Origin: a bacterium
GTDB lineage: Bacteria; SAR324; NAC60-12
Assembly: GCA_965205865.1 (NCBI GenBank)
Contig: CBDBHR010000023.1
Coordinates: 124,884-188,883, forward strand
Length of the DNA: 64,000 bases
Reading direction: 5' to 3'
Shown here: positions 57,351 through 64,000 of the stretch, in pieces
Layout of the letters: every line of letters starts with the position of its first letter
Position numbering within the stretch: the first letter of the stretch is position 1
Notes under the pieces: generated by a model
Database searches by the model: none
Told to the model about the DNA's origin: nothing
Seen by the model: only the letters and a program-made list of their open reading frames with translations
Made by a program: the position numbers and the translations under genes

Positions 57351-57450
57351 ACGCTAAATGTACGGAAATTCCTTAATCACGTCAACAAAGGATTCCATCA
57401 GAATATAATGAGTTTGATCCTATCCGAGAAAGTTTTTTTCTGCATCGAAC

Positions 57451-58410
57451 AACGAGGATGCCGGGGTTCTCTATCAACAACACGCCCTGAAGCAAAAAGC
57501 GAATATGCAAACTTTTTTGGCCGGCGGCGCCGCTGCCGGCGATTATGATAACGACGGCTGGGTTGATCTCTATGTCACCCGCCTGGATGACACGGACCTG
57601 CTCTTTCGCAATCAAGGCGATGGCACCTTTAGCAACGCCACGCTTAACGCGTTTGGCCCGACACCCATCATCGCACCCACAAACGGGGCGCAGTGGGGCG
57701 AAATTGACAACGATGGCGACCTGGATTTGTATGTGACCGTGATCAATGCCAAGCGTCATTATCTGTACATCAATGATGGCCGGGGACACTTTACCGAAGA
57801 GGGCCTGGACCGGGGAGCGGCCATGAGCGGCTGCCACGTCCTCTACGGCTTCAGTGCCAGTTTTGGCGATTATGACCGGGATGGCTTTCTTGACCTGCAT
57901 GTGACGGAATGGTGGCGGCAAAATCAAAACAGCAGCCGGCAGGACTATTACAATATTCGACTGCTGCGCAACCGGGGCGCCGACAAACCGGGCCATTTTA
58001 CGGATGTGACCGAGAGAGTCGGCGTCGGCATGGAAAAGGTCCGTATCAAGCTGGTTGATTCAACAAAGCTTCACGCCGCGGCCGCCTTCAGCACCCGCTT
58101 TACGGATCTGGACCGAGATGGCTGGCCCGATTTGATCATTACCTCGGATTACCGGACCAGCCGCTTGTTCTGGAATAATGGGGACGGCACCTTTAGCGAT
58201 GGCACTGTCTCGGCCGGTGTTGGTCAAGAAGAAAATGGCATGGGATCAACCGTCGGCGATATGGATGGCGATGGTGACCTGGATTGGTTTGTCACCTCTA
58301 TTTGGGCGGGGAATCTTGTTAAAGAATATGTGACGGGTAACCGACTCTATCAGAATAACGGTGACCGTACTTTCAGCGATTTCACCGAGGATGACAACGC
58401 AGAGCAATAA
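57451..58410 (+). pseudogene. FG-GAP/VCBS repeat (CRTAC1/UnbV-like) protein fragment
   Basis: Repeated GDYDNDG..DLYV and LF.N.GDGTF; both ends look truncated. Confidence 0.8.
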
Positions 58411-58517
58411 TATAACTGGAAATAGCGAATGTTTATTAACCCATACGTTTGTCAATGAGGTGGAAATAGAAGCGATCGCTCTTTGTGATTCATAATACAC
58501 GGGCTGAGGAGAAACAT

Positions 58518-58616
58518 ATGAAGATTTTAGTCACCGGTAGGACGGGTCGCATTGGGGCCAATTTGGTCAAACAACTGTTGGCCAAAGGGCATGAGATTCG
58601 TAGCTTTGTCTATCCT
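58518..58616 (+). pseudogene. NAD-dependent epimerase N-terminal fragment
   Basis: MKILVTGRTGRIG with RBS. Confidence 0.6.
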
Positions 58617-59112
58617 GTCACCCACCGCAAACAGCGTTTCTTGAATGTGTTTTTCAATTCACCTTGCCCTCCAACCTCCAAATTCTCACCGCTGGGGTTT
58701 CCGAGTTTGATTTGGAAGCCTCTTCGGTGAGGGTGCTCATTCGAGAGCTCTCATCAGCATCGGGCAAATCCGGAAGCCCGGCAGTTGTTATCTGAGACTC
58801 AAACGATAAATCGTTGCTCAGACTCATGAAATACCGGAGGAGGCGTTGTAGAAGCAAAGCGGTCAAATCTCATTTTGTCTTTTAAGCTCCCTTTTCCTCA
58901 AGACCAGCGGGCGGTGCCTTGATTTGACTATTACGGATTACGGGGGTTATGGGTGACACGGCATGAGCTGAAGAATGCGCTGATCCCGGTGCTCACCATG
59001 GTCGGCCTGCGGCGGGCTGTCTTGATTGGCGCCATACACTGTGATACAAAAAGAGAGATTCAGAGCATCTTTCTTAACAAATATTAACCGATGGCATTAG
59101 GAGAGGTTCAGC

Positions 59113-59660
59113 AATGACGATCTTAGCACAACGGCAGATTGGTAACACAGGCACCCACGTCACCCCATTTGGCTTGGGATGCGTCCCCCTGGGCGAACTT
59201 ATTGAGGCCATCAGCGAGGAGCAGGTCCAGCAGACCCTGCAGGCCGCCTAGGATACCGGGGTCCGCTGTTTTGACACCGCACCCTTGTATGGCTACGGCA
59301 AAAGCGAACAACTGGAATTGAAGGATTTGTTGCTTCTCGCTCTCCAAGAATCCGGGTTGGTCCGGACAACTCGCAATCACACAGCATTTAAAAGGAGTAA
59401 AACAAATGGAAACGGTGACAGCGGAAAGGGGAAAGTGATTCGTGCGGATCCCCACCGGAGAAACCGTCTTTGAAGTATTGGCGCCCCAGCTCCGGAGGTC
59501 ACCTCCTGTGCTTTCGGCGGCAAAGCTTGGTACGAGCTCTACATCACCACGGCTGCCTCGAACAAGATCGACGACGATTGGGAAACCCATCCCCATTCCG
59601 GAGGCTTGTTCTGCGCTAAAGTGCCCTTCCATGGGGTACCCTCTGCCCGATTTCAAGGGT
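59113..59660 (+). pseudogene. Adjacent fragments: aldo/keto reductase N-terminus and SMP-30/gluconolactonase C-terminus
   Basis: FDTAPLYGYGKSE; QVTSCAFGG..LYITTA-like in shifted frames. Confidence 0.6.
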
Positions 59661-59728
59661 AGGGTAGCCCACTGCTCCCTAAAAGCGAAGGGTATTTGTC
59701 CTACGCGGTCCGGCCCATCCTACGAGGC

Positions 59729-60718
59729 CTAGCCCAGCCCATCCTGCTTCAGTCTGCTGCCATACCCTTCTTTATCCGGCGTGCTAATCTGGCCTAACTT
59801 TCTTCGATTGTAGTAGTCATCAATCACCGCCTTCTTTTCTGTATCATTGAACGTATCCCAGATTTTCTCACGCATGTACCAGGAGATTGGCCCCCGGGAA
59901 TCCTGCCACCCCCAGGGATCGTCATAGTTGAGCAATTCCCGGAACCGGGCATCATTGCGTGCCAGCATTTCTTCATTGATGCGGCCGTGAAAGTTTTCCT
60001 GAAGCCGGTAATGCGGCCCGACATAATGGCAACTGACCGAGAGGCGCAGACCAGGAGTGAGCTTGGGAAACGCTCCATGCCAGACATTGCCATGAAATGC
60101 CAGCACCGAGCCGGCCGGAGCTTCTACGGGAATTGCATCCTCCACCCCTTCGCCGGGTTCAGGATGGCGGCAGTATTTGTGAGAACCGGGCACAATGCAA
60201 AAGGCTCCATTCGCTTTCGTGTAGTCCGTGAGAATCCAATTGGTGTTGAAGACATGCGGAATCGCCGGTAGTGAGCTATACCCCGGATACATCCCCGTAT
60301 CGTCGTGTAGCCCCAGGTTTTCTCCATAACCGACAGGATCCTGCCATTTGATGAAACAGGTGAGCGAAGACAGCTGGCAATCCTCCCCGAGATAGTATTC
60401 CATCAGCGGTAAAGCCAACGGGTGTTGGATGATCTCCTCGAAGACCCGGTCTTTCTCCAGAAACGCAAAGAGCAGATGCTGACCGTTATTGGTGCCCATA
60501 TTCATTTGCGTACCATGGGCGCCTGTCTCGATGTCATATTTCGCTCCCGTATCTTCCTCAGCAATACGGAGAACCGCTTCGCGCATACGCTCCAGGATAC
60601 GGTCCCCTCCTATCTTTTCAGGAGGAATCACAGTCAAGCCATAGGCATCCAGCTCTTCCAGATGGTCGGTCAGTCCCCGCTCTTTGATCTCATGGTAGGC
60701 TGGGGAGATATGCTTCAA
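59729..60718 (-). CDS. Phytanoyl-CoA dioxygenase family protein, paralog of 33657-34595
   Basis: Shared CQLSSLT, KWQDPVGYG, HDD, PGSH; the original ATG appears to be followed by TAG. Confidence 0.8.
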   Translation of the reverse strand: MKHISPAYHEIKERGLTDHLEELDAYGLTVIPPEKIGGDRILERMREAVLRIAEEDTGAKYDIETGAHGTQMNMGTNNGQHLLFAFLEKDRVFEEIIQHPLALPLMEYYLGEDCQLSSLTCFIKWQDPVGYGENLGLHDDTGMYPGYSSLPAIPHVFNTNWILTDYTKANGAFCIVPGSHKYCRHPEPGEGVEDAIPVEAPAGSVLAFHGNVWHGAFPKLTPGLRLSVSCHYVGPHYRLQENFHGRINEEMLARNDARFRELLNYDDPWGWQDSRGPISWYMREKIWDTFNDTEKKAVIDDYYNRRKLGQISTPDKEGYGSRLKQDGLG

Positions 60719-60869
60719 TTGTGTCCAATTTTTCTACATCGGAAAATCAAAAATTATGTAAGTCATGTTACCGTGAAAATATCTGGTGGCTGAGGGCGCA
60801 CTTAGAGTGAGTGGGCCTGAAGTCCACGTTTTAGCCACAATCAGATGGATTTTCTAGGTGATGCGCTTC

Positions 60870-62096
60870 TCAGTTTGAGTTTTTTGGCAAATACCCATAT
60901 TTACTAAGCGCCTTCAACCATCTGGGAGCATTTTTTTTGACAACGAGTGCCTCATAATCAATTTGAGGATCTCGATAAGGTTCTTGCTTCTTGAGAACAA
61001 TGTAAATTATTTGAAGCATTTTATGAGCAATGGCAACGATACTACGCTTGTGTCCCCGGCGAATCACAAGGCCTTGATATCGTCCTTTAAATTGCGATTT
61101 GGTTTTGATGGCAGCATTAGCACATTCACATAATAATGAACGAACATATGCATTGCCTTTACGAGTTTTACCGGTTTTGCGTTTTCCTGCACTTTCATTG
61201 TTTCCAGGCGAGAGTGCCGCCCATGAACAAAGATGGTGTTTATTGGGAAAAGCACCCATATCGGTGCTAAGCTCGGCCAGTAACATCGTGGCAGAGATGT
61301 GGTCAATTCCAGGAATGGTTTGCAATAAGTGATATTGCTCCTGATACGGGACCATCGCCGCAACGAGCTGCTCATCGATTTGCTCTATCCTGGATTCGAG
61401 CCATACCATATGGGCCTGAATCTGTTTGAGCAAAAAACGTTGGCGCTCACTCAAAGAAGTGGACAATGATTTTTCAATCAGAGCCAACTTCGGAAGCAAC
61501 CTACCATGTAAAAGGGAGGCAAGTTTATCCGGCTGAATCCCGCCACTCTCAATGAGAGTAGCGATCATTCTTCGTGCCGAAACGCCATCGATGTCACTGA
61601 GCACGAGCCCTAATTTGATACCACAACTTTCAAGGATTTTGTGCAAGCGATTTTTTTCGCTACTCAAAACGCCTGAAAGTTTTTTACGGTAACGTGTCAA
61701 CAAACGAAGTTGACGAAAATCTTTTGGAGGAACAAAACTGGCTTTGAGTAATCCACAACGGGCAAGTTCTGCTAACCATTCTGAATCCTGTACGTCGCTC
61801 TTTCGACCAGGAACTTTTTTGATATGGTAGGCATTGACCACCCAAGGAATAATTCCCACATTTTCGAGAGACTCATAAACTTGTTTCCAGTAAATGCCTG
61901 TGGATTCCATGACCACTAACTCTGGGTTTAACTGCTTTAACCACTGAGCGAGTTCTTCCAAATCTTGTGAAAAGGTCTCGAATTCTTTGACCTTTTTGCT
62001 TATTTGTCCATCGCGATTCTCATGAAGCACTGTGGCCACAATCACAGCGCGATGAATATCTAGACCAGCACTACTTTGAGCTAAGGGTTGAATCAT
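60870..62096 (-). CDS. IS110 family DEDD recombinase
   Basis: GLDIH, VMESTG, KSDVQD, TIPGI, ESAGK. Confidence 0.95.
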   Translation of the reverse strand: MIQPLAQSSAGLDIHRAVIVATVLHENRDGQISKKVKEFETFSQDLEELAQWLKQLNPELVVMESTGIYWKQVYESLENVGIIPWVVNAYHIKKVPGRKSDVQDSEWLAELARCGLLKASFVPPKDFRQLRLLTRYRKKLSGVLSSEKNRLHKILESCGIKLGLVLSDIDGVSARRMIATLIESGGIQPDKLASLLHGRLLPKLALIEKSLSTSLSERQRFLLKQIQAHMVWLESRIEQIDEQLVAAMVPYQEQYHLLQTIPGIDHISATMLLAELSTDMGAFPNKHHLCSWAALSPGNNESAGKRKTGKTRKGNAYVRSLLCECANAAIKTKSQFKGRYQGLVIRRGHKRSIVAIAHKMLQIIYIVLKKQEPYRDPQIDYEALVVKKNAPRWLKALSKYGYLPKNSN

Positions 62097-62109
62097 CTTC
62101 TCCTCCTTT

Positions 62110-62330
62110 CCTGAATGTAGTAGTTGGCTTCACTCGTAAAGGAGGCTGAAAAATCACTTTCTTGGGTTACCTGCCTCCATGAATCAAAATTGAATCCTGA
62201 AGTCGGTCTTCTTACCGTACCTTCTGTAGAAATACTACGAAACACTCCGGGGTGCGAACCAATGAAAGCTACGCTCAGGTTACGTGACAGGATCAAGTCG
62301 CTAACGTGAGAAACGAGCGCTTCAGCCTCT
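62110..62330 (-). ncRNA. Candidate bridge RNA
   Basis: Contains CACGTAAC (target match), then ACGGTAA and CATGGAGG (donor matches); boundaries approximate. Confidence 0.65.
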
Positions 62331-62444
62331 ATTGAGTTCTAACATATTTTCATCTTCCGGGGTGAAAGCATAAGTTTTCATGAAGGTTACGTGTATATTT
62401 TTTGCATTCAGCGGTTTCCATGAATACGTTTTCCCACAAGTGTG

Positions 62445-63359
62445 ATAGGGGTCAGGAAGGCATTAGCCTCCCTGCCCTCCGAACCGTGCGTGCGGTTCTC
62501 CCGCACACGGCTCTCCAGTCGTTGGTTTCCTCATCGGGATTGGCTCGCTACCCATCGGACTTCTTTTCCTGCCTGTCAATTTAGGTTCGTGTTTGTTTTC
62601 CCTGTTAGCCATCTGGTTTCCCGATGGTGTCACAATATCCTCACCTTGTTGACAGACACAACCATGGTGAAAAGTCCGAGTTGTGCGAAGAAGAGATCTC
62701 CTTTGACTCCGTTACCCAGAGCCGCCAACATACGTTCGATCCATATCGTTGTTTCCACCCATCTCCAATGAGGAGAGGCTTCTGTTTCCAGGTTAGTCAT
62801 CTCCGACACTTTGGAAACTCCTTTTCTTGAGGATCAACTTGATGAACTGCTCGTATCCAACTTCCTACCCCGCTTCCCTCTTCGGGATTTTGCTTCTCCC
62901 GCCTTTCATGAAGCCTGCCTGTCAATTTAGGTTCGTGTTTGTTTTCCCTGTTAGCCATCTGGTTTCCCGATGGTGTCACAATATCCTCACCTTGTTGAAA
63001 GACACAACTCCATTACGGTACTATCAGGGTTCTGACTCCTCTACCTCTCACCAAAGGCAGAGGTCTCCCTGCTTCTCTCGCTTAACCTTCCTGATGTTCC
63101 GTCCCCAACCACGTTATGCGCCTGACCCTCGTTTTATCCACCACCGCAACGGGATCAGTGAGTTTCAGACTTCGCCACGAATGAGCAAGCTCGTCGCTAA
63201 CATGCCGCCGAATCGGGTTCGTTCTCCTACGGACCACCATTTCGCCTCCGGTTGCTCCCCACCCCGCCTCATGGCGACGCAGTTACCTTCGGCTACATGG
63301 CTGTGGTTTACCATGGCACGGACTTCCACCGCGCTGATTAAGCGCCTTCCCAGGCGCAC
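62445..63359 (-). mobile_element. Group II intron C with internally deleted RT
   Basis: 5' GTGCG; domain V GAGCCGTGTGCGGGAGAACCGCACGCACGGTTC; 3' CCTAT; RT remnants WVETTIWIERMLAAL and FFAQLGLFTM. Confidence 0.9.
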
Positions 63360-63734
63360 TCATTCCTGGCGAAGACCAGGAATCCAGGAGTCGCCATCAT
63401 GAAAACCTACTACGTTTATATCTTAGCAAGTAAAAGAAATGGCACTTTATATATTGGAGTGACCAATGATCTTCTTAGAAGAGTTTATAAACATAAAAAC
63501 AATCTCATAGAAGGATTTACCAGTAAATACCAAGTACGTCAATTGGTATACTATGAGACCACTTCAGAGGTAACAACTGCTCTCCGGAGAGAAAAACAAC
63601 TTAGGAAATGGAAACGAGCTTGGAAAACCGAACTCATTGAGAAAAATAATCCTCAATGGATAGATTTATATGAAACGTTTTAGTCACCCTGGATCGCTAG
63701 CATAGTGGATTCCTGATCTTCGCCAGGAGTGACA
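63360..63734. repeat. Inverted REP pair flanking the GIY-YIG gene
   Basis: (TG)TCATTCCTGGCGAAGACCAGGAATCCA and TGGATTCCTGATCTTCGCCAGGAGTGACA. Confidence 0.85.
63399..63683 (+). CDS. GIY-YIG nuclease family protein
   Basis: YYVYIL..LYIGVT..RR..H, REKQLRKWKR. Confidence 0.92.
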   Translation: MKTYYVYILASKRNGTLYIGVTNDLLRRVYKHKNNLIEGFTSKYQVRQLVYYETTSEVTTALRREKQLRKWKRAWKTELIEKNNPQWIDLYETF

Positions 63735-64000
63735 ACTCGATGAGACGCATAACTGCAAAAATCGTTCGCGGTAACATCAGTTAATCAATCATCTTCGTTT
63801 TCATCACGTTATAAAGAATTGCATGGAAAAGGGGTCAAGTTTTTTTAGCTTTAAAGAAAAACCTTACCGAATGAGGAAACGGATTTCCAAGAAGAAGGAT
63901 TTGCGGACTCGCTGTAGAGGGTATCACTTTCCGCTTAAAAACGACGGTCTCTTTGTCGGGAGCCGTTATCGCTTCAGAGAACTGATCTTTCAAAAACCTG

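Larger units (their letters stand above)
60767..62390 (-). mobile_element. IS110/IS1111-family element
   Basis: GTTAC at both ends, subterminal IR CGTGAAAA/TTTTCATG, long upstream non-coding region. Confidence 0.8.

Noticed and set aside
62568-63008. DGR template/variable repeat pair
   Set aside because: Only one mismatch, no intact RT and no target ORF

Overview
Bacterial DNA; the housekeeping set (lpxB, fadAB, selD, moaE, guaA, gcvH, folK/folB, ~14.8-31 kb) suggests a Gram-negative, possibly SAR324/delta-like organism, which is inference only. The flanking regions are mosaic and decaying. They hold several paralogous Dpp/Opp-type ABC transporter clusters, SDR, PhyH and LLM catabolic genes, many gene fragments and dense mobile DNA. 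The most notable structure is non-coding. (1) Three ORF-less group II introns each split a different palindromic element: a RAYT terminal inverted repeat, an integron attC site, and a REP flanking a GIY-YIG gene. Each has a candidate EBS1 complementary to its target. (2) An intact IS110-family element has an upstream non-coding region with motifs matching its own target and donor junctions (candidate bridge RNA). (3) Three attC sites occur with no integrase in the window. (4) Two UGA-recoded selenoprotein genes share a SECIS-like hairpin. (5) There is a TIR-bounded RAYT element with two 722-bp non-autonomous relatives, plus several MITE and REP families. Some abrupt junctions could be assembly or contig joins rather than biology.
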